From an uncultured Gammaproteobacteria bacterium (GTDB taxonomy: Bacteria > Patescibacteriota > Patescibacteriia > UBA2591 > UBA6264), in contig CAZQVF010000001.1 in NCBI GenBank assembly GCA_964596735.1, positions 74,135-138,134 of the forward strand: 64,000 bases of DNA, given 5' to 3'. Shown here one piece after another: positions 50,162 to 60,651 of the stretch (position 1 is the stretch's first letter; every line of letters begins with the position of its first letter). Made by a program: the position numbers and the translations under genes. The notes below the pieces were generated by a model. The model was not told the DNA's origin. It saw only the letters and a list, made by a program, of their open reading frames with translations, and ran no database searches.

Positions 50162-51838
50162 ATGGCAAAACAAATTTTATTTAACGAAGCAGCCCGCGCT
50201 GCTTTAAAACGCGGGGTAGATAAATTAGCGGCAGCGGTGAAGGTCACCCTGGGTCCAGTTGGAAGAAGCGTTGTTTTAGACAAGGGCTTTGGTTCACCAA
50301 CTATTACTAACGATGGAGTCACCGTGGCTAAAGAAGTTGAATTAGAAGATAAGTATGAAAATGCAGGAGCTCAATTAATTCAAGAGGTAGCTTCTAAAAC
50401 AAATGATGTCGCCGGTGATGGCACAACTACAGCCGTAGTTTTGGCTCAAGCGATTATTGAAAAATCTTTGATAGGCCGAGGTATGAAATATGCAAATCCT
50501 TTATTGGTAAAAGAGGGAATTAATAAAGGAGTAAAAGTTATTGTTAAAGAATTAAAAAGAATTGCTCGTCCAGTTTCTACCCAAGAAGAGATTCAGCAGG
50601 TAGCCACTATTTCTGCTAATAATGTTGAAATGGGCGAGATCATTGCTGAAGCTATGACAAAGGCTGGTAAAGACGGAGTAATCACAGTAGAAGAATCACA
50701 GTCATTTGGATTAGAATTAGAAACCACTGAAGGGATGCAATTTGACAGAGGATATTCTTCTCCCTATATGATTACCAACACAGAAAAAATGTCAGCCGAG
50801 TATGACAACCCTTATATCTTAATTACTGATAAAAAAATAGGAGCAATTAATGAAATCCTTCCTTTAATGGAAGAGATGGCTCAAGCGGGTAAAAAAGATT
50901 TAGTCATTATTGCTGATGAAATTGAAGGTGAGGCTTTAGCCACTTTTGTGGTTAATAAAATTAGAGGAGCTTTTAATGTTTTAGCAGTAAAGGCGCCTGG
51001 ATTTGGCGATCGTAAAAAAGAAACGTTAGAGGACATAGCGGTTTTAACAAAAGGGAAAGTAATTTCAGAAGAGGTTGGGTTAAAACTGGAAAATACTAAA
51101 TTAAAAGATCTGGGTCAAGCTCGTCGAGTAATTGCTACTAAGGACAATACTACCATTGTAGATGGCAAAGGAAAAAAACAAGAAATAGAAAATAGGATTG
51201 CTGATATTAAAAAAGATTTGGGTTTAAGTGATTCAGAATTTGATAAGGAAAAGTTACAAGAAAGATTAGCCAAGTTAGCCGGTGGGGTTTCAGTTATTAA
51301 AGTAGGAGCGGCCACTGAAACAGAAATGAAAGAAAGAAAGTTTAAAGTAGAAGATGCGGTTAATGCGACTAAGGCGGCCCAAGAAGAAGGTATAGTTGTC
51401 GGTGGAGGAGTAGCCCTGTTGAGATGTATACCAGCACTAATTAAATTATATGATAAGATGAGAACAGAGGATATGGAGAAGAAGGGAAGGGGAGAACAAG
51501 CAGGCGGAGTTCTAACTTTAATAGCAGCGTTAGAGGCACCATTAAGACAAATTGTCGAGAATGCAGGAAAAAAAGAACCAGCCGTAGTCGCAGAAAAAGT
51601 AAAAAGCAAGGAAGGTAATTATGGTTATAATGCGGCAACAGATAAATACGAAGATTTAGTTGTTGCTGGGATTGTTGATCCAGCTAAGGTAACCCGCTCT
51701 GCTTTACAGAACGCGGCTTCAATTGCCACTTTATTTTTGACCACGGAAGTTGTAATTACTGATGAACCAGAGAAAGAAGATAAAACAGGGATGCCTCCTG
51801 GGGCAGGGATGCCACCAGGAATGGGAATGGGCATGTAA
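50162..51838 (+). CDS. groEL: Chaperonin GroEL
   Basis: [23 protein letters not shown]-rich tail. Confidence 0.98.
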   Translation: MAKQILFNEAARAALKRGVDKLAAAVKVTLGPVGRSVVLDKGFGSPTITNDGVTVAKEVELEDKYENAGAQLIQEVASKTNDVAGDGTTTAVVLAQAIIEKSLIGRGMKYANPLLVKEGINKGVKVIVKELKRIARPVSTQEEIQQVATISANNVEMGEIIAEAMTKAGKDGVITVEESQSFGLELETTEGMQFDRGYSSPYMITNTEKMSAEYDNPYILITDKKIGAINEILPLMEEMAQAGKKDLVIIADEIEGEALATFVVNKIRGAFNVLAVKAPGFGDRKKETLEDIAVLTKGKVISEEVGLKLENTKLKDLGQARRVIATKDNTTIVDGKGKKQEIENRIADIKKDLGLSDSEFDKEKLQERLAKLAGGVSVIKVGAATETEMKERKFKVEDAVNATKAAQEEGIVVGGGVALLRCIPALIKLYDKMRTEDMEKKGRGEQAGGVLTLIAALEAPLRQIVENAGKKEPAVVAEKVKSKEGNYGYNAATDKYEDLVVAGIVDPAKVTRSALQNAASIATLFLTTEVVITDEPEKEDKTGMPPGAGMPPGMGMGM

Positions 51839-51856
51839 ATATATATTGATAAAGTC

Positions 51857-51880
51857 AAAAGGGGTCGCGAGACCCCTTTT
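51857..51880. terminator. Bidirectional rho-independent terminator
   Basis: AAAA-GGGGTC-GCGA-GACCCC-TTTT. Confidence 0.9.
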
Positions 51881-51903
51881 ATAATACAGTTTTTTCAACT
51901 GGC

Positions 51904-52317
51904 TTATTCTTGTGGAAGAATACTATATTCTTTTATTGCCTGGTATAAACCAGTAATAGTTCCTCCAACTAAAGCCCAGGTTCGAGCGCGATTAAACAAG
52001 TACCAAAAGTATTGTCCTTCATTAGAATGATTAAGAATTTGTTCCGGAACTGTCCAAAATCCACTAAGAAAACCGAGCACCCAAGCGATGCAGAATGCGA
52101 CTAGTCCCCAACCTAGAAATTTGTCTAAAACTCTGGGACAGGCCCAATCTTTATTACAAAAGTACTGGTTGGCGAAAGAGGTAGGAATAAAGAAAATTCC
52201 AAATCCCAAACACAGTGTGGACAAAAAAACATTCTTAACAACAACACAGAGTACAATTACGATTGCTGAACCTAATAAAAGTAGAAAGAACTTTACGAAT
52301 TTCCAATATCTTTTCAT
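51904..52317 (-). CDS. Multi-TM ORFan
   Basis: Start moved to MKRYWKF (SD AAGGAGG); own promoter TTGACA-N17-TATACT at 52383-52355. Confidence 0.75.
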   Translation of the reverse strand: MKRYWKFVKFFLLLLGSAIVIVLCVVVKNVFLSTLCLGFGIFFIPTSFANQYFCNKDWACPRVLDKFLGWGLVAFCIAWVLGFLSGFWTVPEQILNHSNEGQYFWYLFNRARTWALVGGTITGLYQAIKEYSILPQE

Positions 52318-52455
52318 TATTTGTGCCTCCTTGACATATTCATTATCTGTTCGTAGTATAGCAGATTTTTGCCTGTTTGTCAAGACTGACTATCCCATGA
52401 CAAAAATAAATATATATGTTAAAATAAGTTTGTTAAATTATTAAACTTAATAGTT

Positions 52456-52815
52456 ATGGAAAAAGAAAATGTTGTTGAAAAAATTGCTTCAGCTATTGAT
52501 GCGGCTAAAAAGCCAAACTTAATAGCTAGGTTTTTAGGACTAATTTCTTATTTAGGAATCCTTTGTGTGATTCCCATTATTTTAAAGAGTAAAAGTGACT
52601 TTGTCCGTTTTCACGCCCGTCAAGGATTAGTTTTATTCATGGCCGAAATCGTTTTCACCCTAATTTGGATTATTCCCTTTATTGGCTGGTTTATTGGTTT
52701 TATCGGCTGGATTATCTGTTTTGTTTTCTCCTTAATTGGTTTGGTCAGAGCAATTGCTGGTCAAGAATGGAAGATGCCAGTTTTGTATAGATTTACAAAG
52801 AAAATTAGAGTTTAA
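52456..52815 (+). CDS. DUF4870-like membrane protein
   Basis: LISYLGILC, FVRFHARQGLVLF, MP near the C-terminus. Confidence 0.8.
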   Translation: MEKENVVEKIASAIDAAKKPNLIARFLGLISYLGILCVIPIILKSKSDFVRFHARQGLVLFMAEIVFTLIWIIPFIGWFIGFIGWIICFVFSLIGLVRAIAGQEWKMPVLYRFTKKIRV

Positions 52816-52881
52816 TTATTTAGTTAGAAAATTATTAATTAACAATTTTTTGAATTGAAATAAAATCAATTCAAATTTAAC

Positions 52882-52942
52882 TTATAATTAAATTACCCTA
52901 ATTTATATATATAATAAAATTTAATTTCAAGCTTAGCTTATA
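52882..52942 (-). repeat. Dispersed repeat, copy 8 (inverted, upstream of ppsA)
   Basis: Reverse complement TATAAGCTAAGCTTGAAATTAAA...AGGGTAATTTAATTATAA. Confidence 0.8.
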
Positions 52943-52947
52943 AATTT

Positions 52948-55900
52948 ATGATTAAATGGTTTAAAGAAATATCAATTAAAGATGTCCCTCAGGTTGGCGG
53001 AAAAAACGCTTCTTTGGGAGAAATGTATCGTCGTTTGACTAATAAGGGGGTAAAAATTCCAAATGGTTTTGCCACAACAGCAAAAGATTATTGGTATGTT
53101 TTAGAAAGCTCTGGTTTAAAAAAACAAATAAAAGAAATTTTAAAAGATTTAGACGTAAAAGACATAAAGAATTTGGCCAGGAAAGGGAAACAAATTAGAA
53201 ATTTAACCATTCAAGCACCTTTACCTAAAGATTTTGAAAAAAAGATTATTCTAGCCTATAGAAAATTATCTCGTCAATATGGAGTTAAAGCTGTGGACGT
53301 AGCCGTCCGCAGTTCAGCCACAGCAGAAGACATGCCCACAGCCAGTTTTGCCGGACAAATGGAAACTTATCTTAACATCAAAGGTGAAAAGAATCTTTTA
53401 AAAGCAGTAAAAAAATGTATTGCTTCTCTTTATACTGACCGAGCCATTGTTTATCGTGAAGAAAAAGGATTTAACCATCTTGATGTCGCCCTTTCTGTTT
53501 GTGTTCAAAAAATGATTCGTTCTGACCTGGCTTGTTCGGGAGTAATTTTTTCTTGTCATACAGAATCAGGATTTTTTGACGTTTCAGTGATTACTTCTTC
53601 CTGGGGTTTAGGTGAAAATATTGTCCAAGGAAAGGTTAGTCCAGATGAGTTTCTGGTTTATGAGCCATTAGTAGATAAGTTTAGGCCAATCCTTGGAAAA
53701 CACTTGGGAGCAAAAGAATGGAAAATGATTTACAACCCTGGAGGAAAAGAGCCAGTCAAGAATATTCGGACGACAAAAAAAGAACAAAACAAATTTACCT
53801 TGTCTGATGATGAGATTTTACAACTAGGTAAATATTCAGTTATTATTGAAAAATATTATAGTCGCTCAATGGATATGGAGTGGGCCAAAGACGGCAAAGA
53901 TAAACAACTCTATATTTTACAGGCCCGTCCAGAAACAGTGCAGTCCCAGAAGTCTTTAGACGTTTTAGAAAAATATATTTTATTAGACAAACAGACAAAG
54001 CGAATTCCTTCTCATGGTAAAATTGCCAAGATTTCTTTAAAAGATAAAATTATTGTTTCCGGGGTAGCCGTTGGGTCAAGGATTGCTAATGGTCAGGCTA
54101 ATATTATTGAGAGTGTTAAAGATATTTCTAAATTTAAACCAGGACAGATTTTGGTTACAGAAATGACTGATCCAGATTGGGTGCCAATTATGAAAATTGC
54201 CAAAGCTATTGTTACTAATGCTGGGGGAAGAACATGTTTTACTGGCGAAACAAATGTTTTGACCAATAAAGGATTTTTATCTATAAAAGAAATTGTTGAG
54301 AAACACAAAGAAGAGGATTATAAAGTTTTATCTTTGAACAAAGAAAGTATGAATTTTGAATGGAAAAAAGTTATTGACGGGATGAAAAGAAGGTCTAAAC
54401 CGATTTCTGTAAGTATATCTCAAACCGGACGAATGAAAGGAAACACTTTAGGGGTTACTCCTGATCATAAATTTCTGACTTTTGAAAATAGAAAGCTTAT
54501 TTCTAAAGAAATAAGAAATCTAATAAAAGAGAATCAGTTTATTTTAAGTGCAGATAAAATTCCTATGCCCGAAAGACAACATAAATTGAATCCGTTTTTA
54601 GGCTATTTACTTGGTGGAATTAGCAGTGACGGACATATTTATTTAAATGGAACACATGGAGAGGTCCAGTTTATTCAGAAAAATACACCTGATAAAGCGG
54701 ATTTTATTAAAAAGATGAATGACTGTTTAAAAGAAGTTTTTGATTATTCCTTTCATATTTCTTATAAAAAACCCTTTGAAGGTATTATTAGAGGCAAAAA
54801 GTTTAAAAGTGAAAACGCAGTTGCTTATAGGTGTTATAGCAAGAAGATTGCTTCTAGGTTGTTTCATGATCAAAGCAAATTAACAGAATCATTGTTAACA
54901 GCATCAGACGATTTTGTTTATAATTTTTTAGCTGGCATGATTGATGGCGATGGCGCTTATAATGAAAAATCAAACAGAATTAATATATATTGTTCTAAAG
55001 AATATTTATTACAAGCTATAACAGTGGCCTGCCTTAGGTTAAATATATCTTTTCAAGTAACCTCAAACCGTAATATTCATAACATTCAGATAGTTAGTAA
55101 AGTAGAAGAAATTTTTAAGTATACAACTCGCATAAAAGGTAAATATAATCGTTTAACTTGTGGTACTAAATTTTTCAGTGCCAAGCAACTATTAGAAGAC
55201 ATAAAAGATAAAATTAATTATAAAGGAAAAATTGGGTCGTATATTGAGAAAAATTTGTTAATTGATTACAAGAAAATAGAGAATTATTTTATTCCAATGA
55301 TAGCCAGGGAACAGGCTAATCATGAGTTAACAAGGATTATCAATTCAGATTTGAAAATGTTGAGAGTCAATAATTCCGATTCTATTGAAAAACAGAACGT
55401 TTATAATATTACAGTAGAAGATAATCATAATTATGTTGTTTTTAGCGGTAGATATACACCAGTTGTAGTAAATAATTGCCATGCCGCAATTATTTCTCGA
55501 GAGCTTGGCATCCCCTGTGTGGTCGGAACCAGCAAGGCAACCAAAAAGGTAAAACAAGGACAAAAAATAACCGTTTCTTGTGCCGAGGGAGAAACCGCTC
55601 ATGTTTATCCAGGATTATTGGATTTTAAGATTAAAAAGACAAAGATTAAGGGATTAAAAAGACCAAAGACAAAAATTATGATGAACATTGGTGAGCCTGA
55701 ACAAGCTTTTGGGTTTTCTTTTATTCCTAATGATGGAGTGGGCTTAGCGCGGGAAGAATTTATTATCAGTGATTATATTAAAATTCATCCCTTAGCCCTG
55801 CTTTACTATTCTCAATTAAAAGACAAAAAAGTAAAAAAACAGATTGATGATATAGTTACTGGTTATCCTAGTAAAGTTCAATTTTATGTTGATAAATTAT

Positions 55901-56625
55901 CAGAAGGTATTGCCCGGATTGCGGCTGCCTTTTACCCTAAACAAGTAATTGTTCGTTTTTCAGACTTTAAAACAAATGAATATGCTAATTTAATTGGCGG
56001 GCAAGAATTTGAACCAAAAGAGCCAAACCCAATGATTGGTTGGCGTGGAGCCAGCCGTTATTACGGCATTGGTTTTGAAGAGGCTTTTCAGCTAGAATGC
56101 CAGGCAATTAAAAAAGTTAGAGAGATAATGGGACTAGACAATGTTATTGTTATGGTCCCGTTTTGCCGAACCATTGAAGAAGGAAAAAAGGTTTTAAAAA
56201 TTATTGATAAAGCTGGATTACGTCGACCAAAAAAGAATATTAAGCCTCTTAAGGTTTATGTTATGTGTGAAATACCTTCCAATGTTGTTTTAGCAGATGA
56301 ATTTGCCAAGATTTTTGATGGATTTTCAATTGGTTCAAATGATTTAACTCAACTAACCCTTGGTTTAGACAGAGATTCAAATCTAGTAGCTCATATTTTC
56401 GATGAAAGAAATGAAGCAGTAAAAAGATTAATCAGTCAGGTAATAAAAATAGCTCATAAACATAAAAGGAAAATAGGAATTTGCGGGCAAGGACCAAGTG
56501 ATTTCCCAGAATTTGCTAGATTTTTAGTAAAAGAGGGAATTGATTCAATGTCTTTAACTCCAGATACAGTAATTAAAACGACCATAGATATTTTAAAAAC
56601 AGAAAAGAAGTTAAAGAAAAAATAA
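52948..56625 (+). CDS. ppsA: Phosphoenolpyruvate synthase containing an intein
   Basis: VGGKNASLGEM, AVRSSATAED, QARPETV, GGRT/CHAAI, GFSIGSNDLTQ. Confidence 0.95.
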   Translation: MIKWFKEISIKDVPQVGGKNASLGEMYRRLTNKGVKIPNGFATTAKDYWYVLESSGLKKQIKEILKDLDVKDIKNLARKGKQIRNLTIQAPLPKDFEKKIILAYRKLSRQYGVKAVDVAVRSSATAEDMPTASFAGQMETYLNIKGEKNLLKAVKKCIASLYTDRAIVYREEKGFNHLDVALSVCVQKMIRSDLACSGVIFSCHTESGFFDVSVITSSWGLGENIVQGKVSPDEFLVYEPLVDKFRPILGKHLGAKEWKMIYNPGGKEPVKNIRTTKKEQNKFTLSDDEILQLGKYSVIIEKYYSRSMDMEWAKDGKDKQLYILQARPETVQSQKSLDVLEKYILLDKQTKRIPSHGKIAKISLKDKIIVSGVAVGSRIANGQANIIESVKDISKFKPGQILVTEMTDPDWVPIMKIAKAIVTNAGGRTCFTGETNVLTNKGFLSIKEIVEKHKEEDYKVLSLNKESMNFEWKKVIDGMKRRSKPISVSISQTGRMKGNTLGVTPDHKFLTFENRKLISKEIRNLIKENQFILSADKIPMPERQHKLNPFLGYLLGGISSDGHIYLNGTHGEVQFIQKNTPDKADFIKKMNDCLKEVFDYSFHISYKKPFEGIIRGKKFKSENAVAYRCYSKKIASRLFHDQSKLTESLLTASDDFVYNFLAGMIDGDGAYNEKSNRINIYCSKEYLLQAITVACLRLNISFQVTSNRNIHNIQIVSKVEEIFKYTTRIKGKYNRLTCGTKFFSAKQLLEDIKDKINYKGKIGSYIEKNLLIDYKKIENYFIPMIAREQANHELTRIINSDLKMLRVNNSDSIEKQNVYNITVEDNHNYVVFSGRYTPVVVNNCHAAIISRELGIPCVVGTSKATKKVKQGQKITVSCAEGETAHVYPGLLDFKIKKTKIKGLKRPKTKIMMNIGEPEQAFGFSFIPNDGVGLAREEFIISDYIKIHPLALLYYSQLKDKKVKKQIDDIVTGYPSKVQFYVDKLSEGIARIAAAFYPKQVIVRFSDFKTNEYANLIGGQEFEPKEPNPMIGWRGASRYYGIGFEEAFQLECQAIKKVREIMGLDNVIVMVPFCRTIEEGKKVLKIIDKAGLRRPKKNIKPLKVYVMCEIPSNVVLADEFAKIFDGFSIGSNDLTQLTLGLDRDSNLVAHIFDERNEAVKRLISQVIKIAHKHKRKIGICGQGPSDFPEFARFLVKEGIDSMSLTPDTVIKTTIDILKTEKKLKKK
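54235..55476 (+). mobile_element. Intein with LAGLIDADG homing endonuclease (414 aa)
   Basis: Begins CFTGET, block B TPDHKF, LLGGISSDG and FLAGMIDGDG, block F VYNITVED, ends VVVNN followed by Cys. Confidence 0.93.
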
Positions 56626-56627
56626 AC

Positions 56628-56656
56628 TTGACAAAAACTTTATTTTAAGCTAAAAT
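56628..56656 (+). promoter_or_regulatory. Sigma70 promoter
   Basis: TTGACA-N17-TAAAAT. Confidence 0.65.
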
Positions 56657-56860
56657 ATAATTAATAAAATAAACGAAGGAGGCGAAAATTGAATAATTTC
56701 AAAGAAACAGAGTTTGTAAGGTTAGGTAAAAGTGTAATGGAAATGAACAATTGTTCTTTTCCTGAAGTAGCTGAGCAATTGATTTTCGCAGGATGAGGTC
56801 CTGCGAAATACAGAAGGGATAACGTTGCTGAAATAGACCGTAAAAACAAAGGAGAAACGA

Positions 56861-57127
56861 ATGGCCTATGAATTAAACTGTAATGGAGAAGGTGGACCCA
56901 GGCAAAAGAGATTAAAGATTTGGTTAGAGAAGAATAATCGGATCAAGGTTGAGTGCACAGAGGAGGGGGTTATTATAACCAACATCTGTTGCAAAGGTTT
57001 ACGGGTAAGGCCTAATAGAGACGGATTACTTAAAACGATTCGCAAGGGAAAATCGACTGGTCTATTGACCAAAGGACAAAATGTTTTCATCGAAGGAAAT
57101 ACGTTCCAGGTCCAACCGGTCGCTTAA
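56861..57127 (+). CDS. Small ORFan (88 aa)
   Basis: SD AAAGGAG before the ATG; followed by a strong hairpin. Confidence 0.6.
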   Translation: MAYELNCNGEGGPRQKRLKIWLEKNNRIKVECTEEGVIITNICCKGLRVRPNRDGLLKTIRKGKSTGLLTKGQNVFIEGNTFQVQPVA

Positions 57128-57152
57128 TAAAGCGGGCGAGACACATTTTAAA

Positions 57153-57184
57153 TGTCCCTGACCAGCATAGTCTGGTCAGGGACA
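57153..57184. terminator. 13-bp perfect hairpin
   Basis: TGTCCCTGACCAG-CATAGT-CTGGTCAGGGACA; no clear U-tract. Confidence 0.55.
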
Positions 57185-57236
57185 ATCCATTCAACTTGAT
57201 TTATTAGATTTAATTTGTTAATATTTTTAATTATAC

Positions 57237-57326
<90 letters not shown>

Positions 57327-57336
57327 TAAATTTAAT

Positions 57337-57864
57337 ATGTCAACAATCATCATTTTAATAATTCTTTTTTTCTTTCTTTTTTGTGCAATAACCCTATTCT
57401 GGGCGACTCTGTCTTTAGCTCCTTGGGTGCCTTCCAGAAAGAGAGATTTAAAAAGGATTTTTAAAATAGCAGATTTAAAACCTAATGATACCTTCTATGA
57501 CCTAGGTTGTGGTAATGGTAGAATTATTTTTTACGCCAATAGGAATTTTCAAGTAAAATCAATTGGTATAGAATTAGCTCTACCTCTTTTTTTAATCTGT
57601 AAGATTCGTCAGATTTTCCATTCAAACGAAAACATCATTTTTAAGTATAAAAGTTTATTTAAAGAAGATATGTCCAAAGCAGACGTCATTTATGTATTTG
57701 CCCTGCCCAAGTCTCTTGAAAAAAAATTAAAACAAAAATTAGAAAGAGAATTAAAGCCAGGAGCAAGGGTAATCTCATATTGTTTTTCTATTAAAGGACT
57801 GAAGCCTAAAATTATAGATAAACCAGATCAAAAAGCAAACTCAATTTATTTGTATCAGTTTTAA
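57337..57864 (+). CDS. Membrane-anchored canonical class I SAM-dependent methyltransferase
   Basis: N-terminal TM, APWVPS, YDLGCGNG, ELKPGARVIS; start moved past the tRNA. Confidence 0.88.
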   Translation: MSTIIILIILFFFLFCAITLFWATLSLAPWVPSRKRDLKRIFKIADLKPNDTFYDLGCGNGRIIFYANRNFQVKSIGIELALPLFLICKIRQIFHSNENIIFKYKSLFKEDMSKADVIYVFALPKSLEKKLKQKLERELKPGARVISYCFSIKGLKPKIIDKPDQKANSIYLYQF

Positions 57865-57931
57865 TTAATAAGCTTGATTTTTTCCTAAATTTCGTTAAAA
57901 TTGAATTACTTTAATTATAAATACTAAAATT

Positions 57932-60637
57932 ATGTTTCAAAGAAAACTCATCATTGGATTAATCGTTTTTTTATTCATTTTATTACTACCAAGTTTTTTT
58001 CACTTTTTAACAGACTTTTGGTGGTTTAAAAATATTGGATATCAAAACATTTTATTAACTATTCTTAAAACAAAAATTTTCTTAGGACTGGCCATTGGTT
58101 TATTTAGTTTCCTAATACTTTATTTCAACAGCCTCTTTGTTAAGAGACTGCTAAAATCAAAAACAGACGTAATCACTATTAGGCCGGGACTTCAATTAAA
58201 ACTAAATTTTGCCTTAGTTTATTCTTTAATCCTTGGCTTTTTTATTGGACTTAGCTCGATTGGCCAATGGGATGTTGTTTTAAAATATTTTAATTCAACC
58301 CTCTTTAATGTTGCCGATCCTATTTTCAGTAAAGATATTTCTTTTTATTTTTTCTCTTTACCGTTTATCCAGTTTTTAATCAATCTTGGCTTTTGGTTGG
58401 TTATTTTCTGTTTTGTCTTTCTGGTTATTAATTTTCTTATCTCAAAAGGAAAATCTTTATTAACTCTTAACAAAACAATACTTAAAGACAAGAAGGTTAG
58501 ACAATATTTTTGTTTTTTAGCCACTCTCTTTTTTATTTTAGTGGCCCTTAACTTGGCTTTAATTAAGATTCCTTCTTTAATTTATCGTTCTACTAATTCT
58601 TTTGATGGGGCTGGCTATGCTGACTTACACACTGCTCTGCCCTTTTTAAAGGTATTATTTATTGTTGCTTTAATCACCACATTAGCGTTTTTAATTAATA
58701 TTTTTAAAGACTCGACTCGTTTAATTTCTTTCAGTATTGGCCTTTATTTGCTTGTGGCTATTGCCGGGGTATGGTTGGCTCCGGCTCTTTTACAAAGATT
58801 TGTTGTTCTGCCCAATGAACTGGTTAAAGAAACGCCATATATAGAATATGGTATTGCCGCGACCAGACAGGCTTTTGCGCTTGATCAGGTGGTTGAGAGA
58901 GAGTTAAGCGGGGAAACGAGCTTAAGCATGGATGATATTAATAATAATGCCTCGACAATTAAAAATGTTCGGCTTTGGGACAGGGAACCATTGCTTGATA
59001 CCTTTGGACAGATTCAAGAAATCAGAACTTATTACGACTTTGTTTCAATTGATAATGACCGTTATTTACTTGGAGATGATTATCGTCAGGTCTTGTTATC
59101 GCCCCGGGAGCTTAACTCAGCGAGCTTACCTCAACGCAATTTTATTAATGAACAATTAACCTTTACCCACGGTTATGGGTTAACCTTAGGACCAGTTAAT
59201 GAGGTTACTCCCGAAGGGTTGCCAGTCTTGTTTATAAAAGACCTACCCCCGGTTTCTAATATAGAATCCCTTGCCATTACTCAACCAGGAATATATTATG
59301 GAGAACTTTCTAATGAATATGTAATTGTTAATACCAAGTCTAAGGAATTTGATTATCCAGCTGGAGACGAAAACGTTTTTGCCAATTATCAAGGGGAAGG
59401 GGGAGTTAAATTAGATTCATTTTTCAAAAAACTACTTTTTGCCATTAAATTTAATTCCTTAAAGATTATTTTGTCTAATGATATTACTGAAGATTCCCGG
59501 ATTATGTATTATCGAGACATTAGCACCCGCCTGGAAAAGCTTTTGCCATTTTTAAAGTTTGATAAGGACCCTTATTTAGTCATTACTAATGAAGGCAGGC
59601 TTAAGTGGATAGCCGACGCTTATACCTTAAGTAATCGTTATCCTTATTCGCAATCTATTGCTGACGTTAATCCTGCTCAATCAGATGGATTTATTGTTCA
59701 GCAACATCTTAATTACATTAGAAACTCAGCCAAAGTAGTAATGGATGCTTATAACGGAGATATGCAAATCTATTTAGCTGATTCAACAGACCCGATGATC
59801 CAAACTTTTTCTAAAATTTTCAAAAATACGTTTTTACCCTTGGGTGAAATGGATGATAATTTAAAAGCCCATTTGCGATATCCAGAAGAAATATTTAATT
59901 ATCAGACCAAGATTTATTCTATTTATCATATGGGTGAAGTTCAGATTTTCTATAACAAAGAAGATCAATGGGAGATTCCCCGTTTAGCTTATTCAGGGAA
60001 GACTGATCCAATGATGAGAAGAATGATTATGAAACTACCAGAAGAAGACAAGGAAGAATTTATTCTTATGATTCCTTTTACGCCTCGGGGAAAAGATAAT
60101 TTATCAGCTTGGATGGTGGCTCGCAATGACGGAGAACATTATGGAAAATTAGTTGTTTATCGTTTTCCAAAACAAAAATTAGTCTTTGGGCCGGAACAGA
60201 TTACTAATCGTATTAATCAAGATACGGAAATTTCCCAACAATTAACCTTATGGGATCAACGCGGCTCACAAGTAATTAAAGGAAATTTATTAGTCATTCC
60301 TATTGAAAAATCTCTACTTTATGTTCAACCAATATATTTAAAAGCAGAGGGAGGAAGAATTCCAGAATTAAAACGAGTGATTGTGGCTTATGAAAATAAG
60401 ATTGCCATGGAAGAAACATTAGATTCAGCCTTAGAAAGAATATTTAGTGGTCAAATCAAAATAACGCCCGATACATCTTTAAAAGAATTAAAAACAATCA
60501 CTAGTGATAAAAATCTAATCCAACAGGCGAAACAACACTATAACAACGCCTTAAAAGCTCAACAAAGAGGGGATTGGGCATTGTATGGTCAAGAGATTGA
60601 AAAGTTGGGAGAAATTTTAAAATCTTTGCCACAATAA
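57932..60637 (+). CDS. UPF0182-family membrane protein
   Basis: DFWWF, DPIFSKDISFY, NVRLWD, THGYG, YIRNS, HLRYP, GNLLVIP. Confidence 0.9.
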   Translation: MFQRKLIIGLIVFLFILLLPSFFHFLTDFWWFKNIGYQNILLTILKTKIFLGLAIGLFSFLILYFNSLFVKRLLKSKTDVITIRPGLQLKLNFALVYSLILGFFIGLSSIGQWDVVLKYFNSTLFNVADPIFSKDISFYFFSLPFIQFLINLGFWLVIFCFVFLVINFLISKGKSLLTLNKTILKDKKVRQYFCFLATLFFILVALNLALIKIPSLIYRSTNSFDGAGYADLHTALPFLKVLFIVALITTLAFLINIFKDSTRLISFSIGLYLLVAIAGVWLAPALLQRFVVLPNELVKETPYIEYGIAATRQAFALDQVVERELSGETSLSMDDINNNASTIKNVRLWDREPLLDTFGQIQEIRTYYDFVSIDNDRYLLGDDYRQVLLSPRELNSASLPQRNFINEQLTFTHGYGLTLGPVNEVTPEGLPVLFIKDLPPVSNIESLAITQPGIYYGELSNEYVIVNTKSKEFDYPAGDENVFANYQGEGGVKLDSFFKKLLFAIKFNSLKIILSNDITEDSRIMYYRDISTRLEKLLPFLKFDKDPYLVITNEGRLKWIADAYTLSNRYPYSQSIADVNPAQSDGFIVQQHLNYIRNSAKVVMDAYNGDMQIYLADSTDPMIQTFSKIFKNTFLPLGEMDDNLKAHLRYPEEIFNYQTKIYSIYHMGEVQIFYNKEDQWEIPRLAYSGKTDPMMRRMIMKLPEEDKEEFILMIPFTPRGKDNLSAWMVARNDGEHYGKLVVYRFPKQKLVFGPEQITNRINQDTEISQQLTLWDQRGSQVIKGNLLVIPIEKSLLYVQPIYLKAEGGRIPELKRVIVAYENKIAMEETLDSALERIFSGQIKITPDTSLKELKTITSDKNLIQQAKQHYNNALKAQQRGDWALYGQEIEKLGEILKSLPQ

Positions 60638-60651
60638 AACAAAGCTATTAT

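Noticed and set aside
57337-57864. This methyltransferase as a member of the array family
   Set aside because: It has a canonical DLGCGNG loop and a TM anchor, lacks the LGATPE and lid architecture, and lies 9 kb away
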